A stretch of DNA of 62,685 nucleotides, filler included, from Stramenopiles sp. TOSAG23-2 (GCA_900128395.1; 4 parts of 4 records of this genome joined end to end with filler, not necessarily neighbours in it), one strand, 5' to 3'. Shown: positions 11,673-23,493, counted from the whole stretch's first letter. Translations and numbers: made by a program. The notes: a model not told the origin generated them from the sequence alone.

Positions 11673-12542
11673 GTTGAAAATATGAATAGCAAGATATATT
11701 TGTCAAAAAAAAAGGGCAAAAATATGTCACATTTTATATGTACGTAAATTATAGAAAGAAAAGGAAACATAAGACAGAAACAATAAGTAATAGCACAATA
11801 ATAATAATGAAAATAATGACAAGAAACATTGTATATATATGTATAATATATGTATTAAAAAAAAATATAATACGTTGAAGAGAAGCGTTATGTGTGTGTG
11901 TGTATATATATATATATATAAAACTATATGATAGTCTATAAAATTTAAAAATAAAAAAATATATTACAGAAGTGTATTTAAAATTGCAAATCTAAAATCT
12001 GTAAATCGAACACTACAAAAAAAAAGGTATAGCATTTATTTGTACTTGTTAGTATATCAAATATGGTTGTATTGAGTCTTTTTTTTCAGTTATAACCTTA
12101 GCATGACGATATCATCAATCCTGCAATACTAGCTCTAGCTTGTAAATTTTAAGATTTGAAATTTGGAGGCCCATGTGTGTGCGTGCTCTTTCCCTACTAA
12201 ATTCAAAAAAAAGTGTAGGCTGTATGTATAAGGTTGCTAGGATGAAAATGAAATGAAATAAAAAAAAAATAAGCTCTTGGTTTCAAATATTTACAACCCG
12301 GACTAATGATATTTACCTGTTAGTTCAGGAGGGTAACTTTTCTCTCCTCATTTGTATGTCTTATCGGTCGTCGGTATAATAGACTATATATATATACGTA
12401 TATATGCCTACATCAAATAGAATATATTATGAACAACTGGAGTTTATGTACTTAGAGTATAACAACAACAATAACAAAAAGGTTTATTTATATATATATA
12501 TTTTTTTTTAAACAACAAAACAAACAACAAAACAAAATCAAA

Positions 12543-13427
12543 ATGGCAAGAGCATCAAGATCATCAAGCAGAGCAAAAAAAACACCTGCAAAAAAAAGTT
12601 CATCCAAAAAAGCAAGTAGTAGTAGTAGTGGATTTTCATTTTCACTAACTGATACAGATACGGGATTATGGCTTACAGCAATATCTTTCTTCTTCTATGG
12701 TGCAACATTCCTCGGATTACAAGGACCAGCAAGTGAAGTTTTATTTGGTCATGAATATCAATGCAATGAAGCAAAAAATATTACATTATGGAGTGGATTG
12801 ATGATGTTCATCCAAGGTACTGCATGTATTGCATTTATTTACCAAGGTTCCGCAGCAGACAAAAAACGTCATGCATTTGCAAGTGCCATTAAATGGATGG
12901 TATTCTTCATTCTTGTTATCTTCAATGGTTTCAAACCAATGGGCATTATGGTTAAAGATCAATACTACACTGCAGCTGCCTTGTGCTTCTTCATGATGTA
13001 CGTAATGCGTTATGGTGCAAAAGGTTTCACGGCAATTAAAAATTTCCAACCAAACACATCTACAAATATGGGAAAAGCACAATTGTTTTTCAGTCTTATG
13101 ACCTGGATGAACGTCTTGAACTTGGTATTGCAAGATACTAGCTATTCCACTGCTGGAGTTGAATGCTTTGACAGAGTTGCAAAAGCTGATTTATCATGGT
13201 TGGCTGCATACATGCTACTTAGTCAAATGGATATCAGTAACATGATGGGATCAAGTAACAAAAAATTACAACAATCACAAATTTACTTACAAATGGCTGG
13301 TTACTGCGGCCATGCATTCATTTGCTACAGTAAAGCAGCTGATCTGTCTGGAGGTTCATGGTTAACGCAACAATACGCTGCTTGTGCAGCTGCAATTGGT
13401 GTTGCTGCATGGGCATTAAATGCATAA
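12543..13427 (+). CDS. Multi-pass membrane protein with a short basic Arg/Lys/Ser-rich N-terminal tail
   Basis: 294-aa ORF. MARASRSSSRAKKTPAKKSSSKK followed by about 8 hydrophobic segments. Confidence 0.78.
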   Translation: MARASRSSSRAKKTPAKKSSSKKASSSSSGFSFSLTDTDTGLWLTAISFFFYGATFLGLQGPASEVLFGHEYQCNEAKNITLWSGLMMFIQGTACIAFIYQGSAADKKRHAFASAIKWMVFFILVIFNGFKPMGIMVKDQYYTAAALCFFMMYVMRYGAKGFTAIKNFQPNTSTNMGKAQLFFSLMTWMNVLNLVLQDTSYSTAGVECFDRVAKADLSWLAAYMLLSQMDISNMMGSSNKKLQQSQIYLQMAGYCGHAFICYSKAADLSGGSWLTQQYAACAAAIGVAAWALNA

Positions 13428-14049
13428 GTAAGACAACTGTTACTGCTAAGAAATAGAACTGTGTACAGATATGGCTTGTAATACTTGTATATATGCGATA
13501 TTTCTTTTGCGCATCGATTGTTTATGTCGCAATACACATATATGTATGTATGTACGTATATATATATGTCCTGTATAGACTTTTCATCATTACTGTAATA
13601 TTAAAATGTATGACATGTGTGAAGATAGCTTCGTATTTGAAGATATTTTTTACTAGTCATCGCTTTATACATTCATGATGTATTATAAGTCACCACGGTA
13701 ATGATTAAAAAATCGTTCAAAATATTAAAATTATAAAACGAATTGAGAAATATGTACATTACGACTCTCGTATCATGATGTATATATATATGATTTATTA
13801 ATATCATACAATTATTAAAAAAGAAGAAAATAAAAATAATAATATATAAAAAAAAAAGTCCCCTATTAGAGAGTCTTAAAACAAAACACACAAAAAATAA
13901 TACGAGTATATACTCTTAAAAATAAATATATTATATATATATTTAAATTAGAAAATATTAAAATATTTAATTTAAAAAAATACGTTCGTAGCGCAATTTT
14001 GTCCCCTGCTGCGTGGTACAAAAACACGCACCACATATTATAAGAATTT

Positions 14050-15237
14050 TTAAAATTGAATCTCACATAGTGTATATTTTTTCTTTTCTTCCTCATCATC
14101 ATCAGTAAATTGTGTCTCTCTACTGCCAGTTGTAACTAATGCGCTACTACCGGAGGAAAATGTAATATTATTATTATTATTATTATTGCTAACCGATGTG
14201 GGGATGCCCTTATTCAAGCTAAATCCATTAATTACATCGTTGACCCGATGATCATCGGATGTTTGTGTATTATTGTAAACCAATTTACCAGTCTCTAAAG
14301 AATAAATATAAATGGAATGGTCTGTCGATCCACTAAAAACATACTTTCCAGACGGATCAATGTCAAAGTAAATTCGTTGATTATTATTAACTGGCCTTTT
14401 TAATTTATATAAAATTTTGCCATTGCCTGCACCACGTATATCATATACATTTATGGTATCGTCTTTACGTTTTCCTGCCAACAGAAGATGTCCATTTGGA
14501 CTCCATGCGAGTTGCGTAATGCCATTATGCTGATGAAATTTATTACCTCCATCATTAGTAGTGTCATTCAAAAATGACGAATTTTTAAATTGTTCTTCTT
14601 CAATTAATTTTAAATCTAACAATAGATCGCCAGAGTTTTCTTCGTAAAGACAAACGCTGCCATTATATGAGCCAACAGCATACATACCGCTAAAATCTGG
14701 ACTAAATGCAATTGTAGATAATAAACCACGTTGCCCATGTTTACTTTTACGTGTTTTACAAGTGGGGCGTCTTTCTAATATTGTAGACGGGCAATTTGCG
14801 TCAAAAATTAAAATTTCTCTATTATATCCTGCGTAAATATGGTTACCGTGTGTATTAAATGATAAAGATATTGCCGACATATGCTCCTCAGTATTTTTAT
14901 TAATACCACAATATGATGCTTTCAAGATACCATTGTTCGCATCCCATAAATGTATGGGTAGTCCTGACCCGGTTGATAAAAATATATATGATTCTTTTAG
15001 ACTCGGTTTTGTATATGGATACCATGTAAAATCATATATGCTACCCTCTGGTTCCGTCACCGTACATAATAATGTTTTATTATTTACGTTGTTGTTATTA
15101 TTATTATTTACATTATTATTATTATCATATGAATATATTTTAGATGTTGTTGATGCTACTAAAAATTTTGTATGGCATGGGCTATATTTTACACCAAGAA
15201 ATGGAATGTTACTATTCAATAGAATATGCGATTTCAT
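14050..15237 (-). CDS. WRAP53: Telomerase Cajal body protein 1 (WRAP53/TCAB1/WDR79) homolog
   Basis: Motifs IYDFTWYP, PIHLWDA, GQRGLLS, YAVGSY, GITQL, RKDD, NQRIYFDID are typical of TCAB1. Confidence 0.9.
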   Translation of the reverse strand: MKSHILLNSNIPFLGVKYSPCHTKFLVASTTSKIYSYDNNNNVNNNNNNNVNNKTLLCTVTEPEGSIYDFTWYPYTKPSLKESYIFLSTGSGLPIHLWDANNGILKASYCGINKNTEEHMSAISLSFNTHGNHIYAGYNREILIFDANCPSTILERRPTCKTRKSKHGQRGLLSTIAFSPDFSGMYAVGSYNGSVCLYEENSGDLLLDLKLIEEEQFKNSSFLNDTTNDGGNKFHQHNGITQLAWSPNGHLLLAGKRKDDTINVYDIRGAGNGKILYKLKRPVNNNQRIYFDIDPSGKYVFSGSTDHSIYIYSLETGKLVYNNTQTSDDHRVNDVINGFSLNKGIPTSVSNNNNNNNITFSSGSSALVTTGSRETQFTDDDEEEKKKYTLCEIQF

Positions 15238-15796
15238 TCTTTTCTTTATCTATCTCTATAGCTCATATATACAACATGACACTGTATATGTATTTTGTTT
15301 GTAAAAATATAGTATATATTTTTATATATAAGAAGTACTCATCACGCGTCGTCGTGCATTTTTACTACGGATAGTATTAGGGTTAATAAAGTATACACAA
15401 GTATTCTTGAAACTACCACAAGTACGATTGAAAGAGGTTTTGATAGGCTGAAAATGGAAAAGTCGTCATCCCTTAAAACTTTCGAAAATGATATATATTA
15501 GCAACAAGCACCAAGGTAAAGCTCTAAAAAAGTAGTTGTTTGTTGAAGTATTATTACCAGGTATAAATAGTAAAATTTTATATATATCGTATAGACGACC
15601 GTTATTTTGCCAACGTAATTACTTGTCAATATGTGTTTATTATATTTGTCAAAAGAAAAATTTAATATTCATACCATTATATAATAACTAATTTTTGCGA
15701 ACGTCATTATTAAAATATATTTATGTGTTGTCGATATATATAATATATATAATATATATTGTCAAAAGAAGAATTTAATATTCATTGAACTATACA

Positions 15797-17041
15797 ATGG
15801 GGAAATTAAAATTCAATACGGAGGAACAATTAATTCAACATGTTGTAAAATATCAAAAAAAAAGTTCTAGAAAAAAAGCTGAAAAGAGATTGGCCCATTT
15901 TGGTGGATCACTTCCACGTCAATTAAAATGGGCACAGTTCGTTATTTCTATTTTTCGATATGATGGGACCATCTTCTCGAAGTCATGGGTTCCAGTATTG
16001 TTAGGTTTTATTATGGGAGGACTTTTTAAACTCTTATTTGATGCAGTTGACGGCTATTCTATCCCGACGAAATTATTCACTCCAGTAGCAACGTTGACTG
16101 CATTTTTATTGGTTTTTCGGACAAATTTAGCCTATTCGAGATATACGGAAGGGAGAATAAAACTAGGTGGAATCGTTGCCTCTTTCTCGTTGATTGTCAA
16201 AGTTTGTGTAACTAATCTAAAAGATACTCAAATTGATGTTTTCGAAGTGGTTCGTAAAAGTAATCTTGCTTTTGCATTTATAAGACAAGATTTAAGAGAA
16301 TCACGTGTGCCTCCAGGTATCAACAATAGTGATGTAGAGTCAGGTGATAAAGCATGGAAACGTCTTTTTGGTGGTGGTGGTAAACATGCAGTATCCAGAT
16401 TTTGGGTAGACTATGATATATGGGGATCACCAGCTATGAAAACGATTATCACAGAGGAGGAGATTTCCTATTATTCTACTTTAAAACCAAATGCACGTGT
16501 ATTAATGGCATTAACAGCTTTGGGGAATGAATTTGCCAAAGGAAATGCTAGTGATGTTGTTAATGTTGCGATCAATGGAGAAATTGCTAACGTTGAACGT
16601 GCTTGGAGGGCGGCTTGCAGAATAATTGATACACCTTTCCCTTTTGTTTACAATCATTTATTGCATTTGATGTTATTTTTATTTTGTTATGTTATTGGGC
16701 CGATTGTTTATGCTCAAGAATTGAAATCAAGAGATGCGTATATTGTGTTTGATTATGTTTTATGCATTCTTGCCAGTGGTGGTATGGCCTTACTTTTTTA
16801 TGGAACTAATGCTATAGGAATTGAGATTGAAAATCCATTTGGTTGGCACAAAAACGATCATAATATAAGTAGATTTTGTAAAGCTTTAAACAAGGAAATG
16901 GAAATGATGGCAAAATGGCATGACCATAAGATGATAGTGTCACCTTCACCATCTGCAAAGAAACAATCAGTATTGCCGGTAGATAATAGTAATAATAATT
17001 CAACGCAACAAAGTAAATATCTAGCTTCATCAAATGTGTGA
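15797..17041 (+). CDS. Bestrophin-family anion channel (bacterial/algal UPF0187 type)
   Basis: LLVFRTNLAYSRYTEGR, RIIDTPFPFVY and IGIEIENPFG motifs. First ATG is at 15797. Confidence 0.9.
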   Translation: MGKLKFNTEEQLIQHVVKYQKKSSRKKAEKRLAHFGGSLPRQLKWAQFVISIFRYDGTIFSKSWVPVLLGFIMGGLFKLLFDAVDGYSIPTKLFTPVATLTAFLLVFRTNLAYSRYTEGRIKLGGIVASFSLIVKVCVTNLKDTQIDVFEVVRKSNLAFAFIRQDLRESRVPPGINNSDVESGDKAWKRLFGGGGKHAVSRFWVDYDIWGSPAMKTIITEEEISYYSTLKPNARVLMALTALGNEFAKGNASDVVNVAINGEIANVERAWRAACRIIDTPFPFVYNHLLHLMLFLFCYVIGPIVYAQELKSRDAYIVFDYVLCILASGGMALLFYGTNAIGIEIENPFGWHKNDHNISRFCKALNKEMEMMAKWHDHKMIVSPSPSAKKQSVLPVDNSNNNSTQQSKYLASSNV

Positions 17042-17293
17042 GAGAATGTGTACATGTGTGTAACATGATGGAAAATGTAGAAATAAGGGGGTATGATATT
17101 AATATGAATAATGAAGATGGCACAATGCACGCGGGTAAGATTTAATGTTTTTAATGAACTTTTTAATTGTAGTGTATAACCACACAAAAATATTTTCCTT
17201 TAATACATGTTATGCACATACCATAAAATATTAATATGTACATGATACTTGTAATATTATTTTTTATAAAAAAAAGTACAGCTCAAAAAATAA

Positions 17294-19636
17294 TTATTTC
17301 TTCCTATCCTTTCTTTCTTGCAACCATGCATCAGCTTCTTTTTTTCTCCGTTCTTTTTCTAATTCTTTTTGGTATTCTTCATCTTCTTTTCTAATTTGTT
17401 TCTTCTTTTTCAATCTATTTTTTTTCTTTGAGATTTTAATTTTCTCCCATTTTTTTGATCCTTCCTCATTACGGATGATTTTTTCTTCAATTTCTTTCTG
17501 TTTCAAATCATGTTCACGTTGTTTCTCGAGTAAACGTTCTTCTTTTTGTGTTTTTAAAAATAAAGAATGTGCTAATGATATTTGTTCATGGCTTTGCTTC
17601 TTATTCTTCTTTTTCTTCTTCTCTTTCGATGATTTATTATTATTTTCTTTTTTTCTATTAAATGTAACATCGTCAATTGTTTTTAATTTTTTCTCAAGTG
17701 TTAAATTATTTTCCTCCATGGATTGTATTAACGTATCAATAGTACTTTGCAATGTGTTTTGTTCAAACCCATTTTCAAAACTAAATACTAAAAAAAACAA
17801 TTCGCAAAACACATCAAAATCAATTAACTTTGTATTTCTTGGGTAATGTGTCGTTTTAATACCACCAAGGATTTTCTCACATGCCGATTGAATTTCCGAC
17901 GAGGTTATGCTCTCTCGTTGATTTTTTGACATAACACGTTTTAATCCATACTTTTTGTTGCTTTCAAATGATTTCACAGACATACATAAACGATAAAATG
18001 TTAATCGGTCGATTGTTTCTGCATTTCTAAAGGTACATAAATGATCAAATATTCGTCCAAGTTTTAAGCCTGAATGAATTAAAAATTCACTTTTAGTATC
18101 AAATTGTATTTTTTCATAATACATAGCAGGCTTAGTGGAATTGCATGCCAGTGATAAAGCACCTTCAATGACTTTTTCTTTTATTTCAGCATCAATTGGG
18201 CTAATTGTGCTAATATGAACGCCATCTTCTTTGGAATTATATGCTGTTTTCAAACTTGGGTGCGCATTTACTTCTAACAACCATGGAAGCAATTCGTTCG
18301 AATCTTCACTTTTTTTAGTTAACATTACATCAAATCCAATTATCTGGAAGCATGGATTTTTAGATGAGGGTCCAATATTATGTTTATTAGAATCACCTGT
18401 TAACAAGTTATTGTAATCATATTTCTTATATAATTCGTAATTCAAATGTGGATGCATTGTAGCACATGTGTATTCGACCAATTTAATTATTTTTTTCCAT
18501 AGCTTGTCAACATTGTATCCAAGAGATCGCAAATCTGCTAATACGTGTGTTAATGTTTTTTTAATCCCCTCTTCCGAGTTTTCCGCTGTTGATGAATCAT
18601 CAAATAAAAGTGAATTATTTAATAATAACCCACTACTACTATATGATGTGTTGCCTGGATCATTACTATCATTATCTACAATTGTTTCCTCTTTTTCTTT
18701 CTTTTTATTAACTGCAAAATTAGTTAAATGCATGCGATCATTATCAGCATTTTCACTAGTAGGTTTCTCATATGGAACTGTACAAAATCGACACAAACCT
18801 TCTCGACATATATACACATTGTACGGATATAATGAATCAACATATACATACAATCGAAAGTCAAATTTTAATTTATCTGGAAAAGTAAATGGATTTTCAA
18901 GATATTCTTGAACAACACCTTTAAAAACTATATTTTTAAAAACGTTGTCTTGTTCGAAACTTTCCATATCATCTACTCCACGAATCAACATAATGCCTTT
19001 GCCACTATTGCCTGCGTTAGGTTTATATATATAGACTTTTCGTTCATTTGCTGGCAATGTTTCATTTGCTTCCAATACTCTTCGAAACAATTTATAATCT
19101 TGAGGGAAAATAAATTGTGTTGGTAAAAAATTATACAAGGACTGTTGACGGGTGCTACTTTTATTATCAAATAGCACTGCATTCAAACGAAACAAAGTGC
19201 CTAACTTTGCTTTCGTGCATACCTCATACATACCTGGAAAAAAGTTCAATTTGGAGTTATTTACTTTCACGTGGCTCAATAATTGTTTAAATCGAGCAGT
19301 CGTACCAACACGTTGTTCTTTTGCACGCGTCCAATAAATACTATTTTTCATATCTTCATAGTTTTCAATACTTTTTAAATTCAATTTATTAAAACATTTT
19401 CCTAAAGTAACGGGTGGTTCAGCATAATGACAAAAATAACTGTATATTGTTTCTATAATGTTATTCTTAGTCGTACTGTTTTTTTTTCTATAAGAATTGT
19501 TATTATTTTTATATCGCACATCACTTGTTACATTATTACTGTTATTTTTTCTGTTTCCAACAGAAGAAAAAGAATGTTTGCCTTGTTTGGCAACAATCCT
19601 TGATGTGGATGAAGAGCGGGACTTTTTAGAACTCAT
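17294..19636 (-). CDS. Tubulin-tyrosine-ligase-like polyglutamylase (TTLL6/7/11 group, TTLL11-like)
   Basis: FFPGM, YKPNAGNSGKGI, VVQEYLENP, KFDFRLYV, EGLCRFCTVPY, HLTNFAVNK, CFQIIGFDVML, LLEVNAHPS. First ATG is at 19636 (the ORF track starts at a TTG). Confidence 0.9.
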   Translation of the reverse strand: MSSKKSRSSSTSRIVAKQGKHSFSSVGNRKNNSNNVTSDVRYKNNNNSYRKKNSTTKNNIIETIYSYFCHYAEPPVTLGKCFNKLNLKSIENYEDMKNSIYWTRAKEQRVGTTARFKQLLSHVKVNNSKLNFFPGMYEVCTKAKLGTLFRLNAVLFDNKSSTRQQSLYNFLPTQFIFPQDYKLFRRVLEANETLPANERKVYIYKPNAGNSGKGIMLIRGVDDMESFEQDNVFKNIVFKGVVQEYLENPFTFPDKLKFDFRLYVYVDSLYPYNVYICREGLCRFCTVPYEKPTSENADNDRMHLTNFAVNKKKEKEETIVDNDSNDPGNTSYSSSGLLLNNSLLFDDSSTAENSEEGIKKTLTHVLADLRSLGYNVDKLWKKIIKLVEYTCATMHPHLNYELYKKYDYNNLLTGDSNKHNIGPSSKNPCFQIIGFDVMLTKKSEDSNELLPWLLEVNAHPSLKTAYNSKEDGVHISTISPIDAEIKEKVIEGALSLACNSTKPAMYYEKIQFDTKSEFLIHSGLKLGRIFDHLCTFRNAETIDRLTFYRLCMSVKSFESNKKYGLKRVMSKNQRESITSSEIQSACEKILGGIKTTHYPRNTKLIDFDVFCELFFLVFSFENGFEQNTLQSTIDTLIQSMEENNLTLEKKLKTIDDVTFNRKKENNNKSSKEKKKKKNKKQSHEQISLAHSLFLKTQKEERLLEKQREHDLKQKEIEEKIIRNEEGSKKWEKIKISKKKNRLKKKKQIRKEDEEYQKELEKERRKKEADAWLQERKDRKK

Positions 19637-19919
19637 ACTGCAGTAGTTAGGATATCTCTTTTTCAATTTATGTTTTGTTACGATCCTTTCTTGCGAGACT
19701 TTTGTTTTAATATGTTGTGTGTGGAACCGTTAGTTAAATTATATTATTTATTTATTATTATTGCTATTATTATAGTAATAATAGGCTAGTAGACGACTGG
19801 TAATAGAATAGAAGAATAGTTGCAAGAAGTAATATGAAGAAAAAAGTCTGCTGCATATGCAGTGTTATTTATATATAAATTCTTTTGTAATGCTATTATG
19901 CTGCTATAATGACTTTTTC

Positions 19920-20411
19920 TCACACACACACATGTAAAACGTTGGCCCATCGAAAATTGTTTTGTATAAATTCTCTGATTTTGTTCATACTATTCCCAAT
20001 GATTTCAAAATGATATCCTAATCCAGTTCCTATTGTAAAATCGCCTTGGAAAACAGAATCGCCAACACGAATCCAACCAGGCTGAAATGGTTCATAATTA
20101 TCGATTTCGCCTGAAACATTTGGAAAAACAATATATGGATCCATTGAATATGGCCCAGCAATACGTACATTGTTACACATAATATGTTTGCTCTGTTGGC
20201 AAAATTGTAAAATACTTTTCAAGACATGTATCAAATTTAAATCTATTTTGATATTATATTGCTTTGCTAATAGTAACAAATTATCCATGAAATATGTATG
20301 AAACAATGTACCTCGTACTTTATCATCAACAAGCATATTAAATAACTCTACTTCTTTCAGCTTAAGATTAATAAACATACTTAGTGAATCAACCCCTTTC
20401 CATTTGTACAA
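19920..20411 (-). pseudogene. Orphan ORF fragment, possibly the C-terminal part of an FAD-dependent monooxygenase-like protein
   Basis: 163-codon open frame. 'RVGDSVFQGDFTIGTGLG' resembles the GD...GxG second FAD motif, but there is no N-terminal GxGxxG region and no clear upstream exon. Confidence 0.3.
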
Positions 20412-20967
20412 TTGTCCGCATTTATACCATGCACAAAGATCGGAGCTTAATAAAAAAAATAAAAATAAAATAATCTTCTAAAAAAAAATCCAGGAGGCCA
20501 CAGGAGGCCACACACAGGCGGGGTTTAATACTGTAAAAGCATGTGATAATGTGTCCATCATATCTAAAGAAATTTTTTAGTTCCATTTTACAGTCCGGGT
20601 CTACTAAATTTCCGTAGCCTTTGAGTACAAAAGGGGAGTAAAACACATGTTATACTAAATTATAGGTACTTAGTATACGAAAATATCGGGAATATCAAGG
20701 GAAAAGGGATACGGGGATACCCCTACCCCCTATTAATATTAAGGTATTTACCCAAATCATACGGATCTTATCGCCGGTGGGTCATATATATATAATATCA
20801 ATTATAATATCTTTTTGATTAGTCTAATATAAATATATATTCATATACATTTATAAGAGAGAAGAGAGCTCTTTTTTGTTTATTAATAATATTATACTTC
20901 GTACAAGATACAAGTACCTACCGGGTATTGCATAGCTATATGTTAGAAACCACTCTCTTCGTTATTA

Positions 20968-21829
20968 TTAAATAATAATATCATCATTTCTCAGCTCTGG
21001 ATTTGTTCTATTATTTTTTTTAGGGCTTGGAGATGAGGCATCTCTAACTCGCTCCCAAATATCTTTTATCATGTTGGCGCTATGGGTGCGTTCCATCGAT
21101 CTGAGCGTAGAACGTCTGCGAAATGTGGGGACACTTATTCTGCTTTCCATCTCGTCTTTCAAATACCAGCTATACAAGTATTTTTTATTATCTTCATGCA
21201 TCGCAAAATAAAAGTAATCATCGACATTCACCTGCTAAAGTTCCATTTGAAGTTGGGAGTTGGGAAGGCCAGCTTGGCCAGTATAAAGGGGTGTAGTCTA
21301 AAACTTTCTAAATTACTATATATATTACAGAAGCATTGCTGAGGCGTTGCGATATTATTCTTCCCTAGCACGGATGTGTCCATCATCAATATCTATTGGC
21401 TCATATATCTCATATGTTTATTATACCTGCACCAGTTTGCATTGGGGTGTATAATGGCTATGAACGTTGCTGCCTTTGAAATAACAAAAGTTTCACCAGA
21501 TGAATATATGAGGGAATGTTTGACAGTTTGTCGCGACGAAATGTTTGATACTTTTTTCAATCACTCACATAATTGTACGCACACAACTCCAGCTTCTTTA
21601 GATGATGGTAATCAATCTCTTCACCTGTACACATTGATCAAACAAAATGAAATATTATCATATCGTATATATTATTGTTGGTTATAGTCATCTGCACGTC
21701 TGGAATGGATAAAGTTCATTTAAGGGAATCGTTATTAATATTGATGATCTCGGATAAGGGATATAAATTATCCACTGTGCTACACTGTGGAATACTACAT
21801 GGTAATACGTGTATAATATATGAGATCAT
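20968..21829 (-). pseudogene. Degenerate, frameshifted coding-like segment
   Basis: ATG at 21829 after an A-run. Coding-like composition continues to a plausible C-terminus (20968..21231), but every frame is interrupted by stops. Confidence 0.3.
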
Positions 21830-22194
21830 TTTTTTTGTTTCTATAATACCTTAACCTGCCGGTAATGTTTTATGTTTATAGAGACATGCACCAGCACAAT
21901 AATAATTTTTTATATAAAACTTGTTGCGAACTTACTACCAGGTACATATAGGTATAATATTATTTATTATTATTGGCCGGCGGAGAATCAATTATAATAT
22001 AAATACACACTAAAGATTATATATATATTATAGGATAAAAGATTATTGTTGTGCAAGCTGTGCCAGTATGAAGTATGAAAGATATAATATATATATAACA
22101 TCAACAACAGAAATATTCTCAAAGAGAAACGAATAGAATATACATATACTTCTTTGAATCAATAGATATAGATATATATACACAAACGGATAAG

Positions 22195-23493
22195 ATGTCA
22201 ATCTTTCTTTCTGCAAATTCACCATGGTTTAAAGATACTTTTGGATTTAGTGAAATGAGGTCGTTTTTAGAAACGAAAACTCAATTTATATTATCGAACG
22301 ATCACAAAACTTTAGAATCGAAAGCAAATGGCCGTAAATTTCATGTTGGGCGATTTGAGGTTTTGTCCAATATGCAATTAGATCAACGATGTGAGCAAAT
22401 GGTTGAATCATTATCTAAAAACAAAGGTACAACTGATTTAGGTGGTTTATTATTTGCAAATACTGGGGGTAACGTTACGAGTTTAATTAAAGATATAGAA
22501 AATAAAGATTGTGTTTTTCAAGCTGCAAGTCAATTTAATTGCTTAGAAATGATCGGACCAGGTGTTAGACCGGAAGATGGCATCACGCGTTATTTTAACG
22601 ATCGCACACAAGGTCCAGCATGTGCATTGGCATGCCCTGCAGGAACTTTATATCGTAATTATTTTGTAAATGGTGGAAAAGGCCAAGCTGGAGGAAATGA
22701 AAATCAAATTAATACACTTGATCAAATTGAAGGAATATTAAAAAAGAAATATTGGAATGTAAAAAATGGTTATGCAATGCCCCTTTCAAATACTAGCATG
22801 GCTGCATTAAATAATCGTTTAGTAGCAGAAGATCAGTTATCACAATCAATACATGCGAATTTAAAAATTGGTGTACATTGGGATACAGAAGTGGAAAAAA
22901 AGTCAAAATGGAAAAAACAACAAAATACAAATGGTCAAAATAATAATTGGGTTAGTGAAAAAGATACAAGAAGTGAAGAAGAACAAAATGTTTGTCAAGT
23001 ATATGTCTCAGCATGTCCGGTTGCATATACCAAATCAACAAAATCAACCGATTGGGCACCATTTGCATCAATTATATTAAATAGTTGTTATGAATCCACA
23101 TTACAAGTAGCAAATATACTAGCATTAGAAAGAAACGAACGAGTTAAAGTTTTTTTAACAAAAGTAGGTGGTGGTGCATTTGGAAATCGAACTATGTGGA
23201 TTACAAATGCAATTGAGCAAGCTCTTGAAAAATTTAAAGATGCACCATTAGATGTTTTTGTTGTACATTATGGTGGTCGTACACCTAAAGAATATGCTGC
23301 ATTGGAGAAGAAAATTCAACGAAAACTGAAGAAAGTTGAAAAAACAAGTAAGAAAAGGACTGTAACAAATGATAATAATAATGTTGATATGGGTGTGAAT
23401 AACAACGATTCAAATGATTCAAAAATGGCCATACATGAAACTGCACGTATGATACGAAACGATTTAAATAAAAAGATGAATGCCAATGAGTAA
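22195..23493 (+). CDS. Uncharacterised conserved protein, probable macrodomain/PARG-like fold
   Basis: Motifs VFQAASQFNCLEM, PEDGITRYFNDRTQGPACALAC, and VFLTKVGGGAFGN, the last resembling the GxGxFG diphosphate-binding loop of macrodomains. Confidence 0.65.
   Translation: MSIFLSANSPWFKDTFGFSEMRSFLETKTQFILSNDHKTLESKANGRKFHVGRFEVLSNMQLDQRCEQMVESLSKNKGTTDLGGLLFANTGGNVTSLIKDIENKDCVFQAASQFNCLEMIGPGVRPEDGITRYFNDRTQGPACALACPAGTLYRNYFVNGGKGQAGGNENQINTLDQIEGILKKKYWNVKNGYAMPLSNTSMAALNNRLVAEDQLSQSIHANLKIGVHWDTEVEKKSKWKKQQNTNGQNNNWVSEKDTRSEEEQNVCQVYVSACPVAYTKSTKSTDWAPFASIILNSCYESTLQVANILALERNERVKVFLTKVGGGAFGNRTMWITNAIEQALEKFKDAPLDVFVVHYGGRTPKEYAALEKKIQRKLKKVEKTSKKRTVTNDNNNVDMGVNNNDSNDSKMAIHETARMIRNDLNKKMNANE

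Noticed and set aside
15797-17041. Bestrophin as evidence of a plastid carbon-concentrating mechanism
   Set aside because: No signal or transit peptide is visible at the N-terminus, and this family also occurs in non-photosynthetic organisms.
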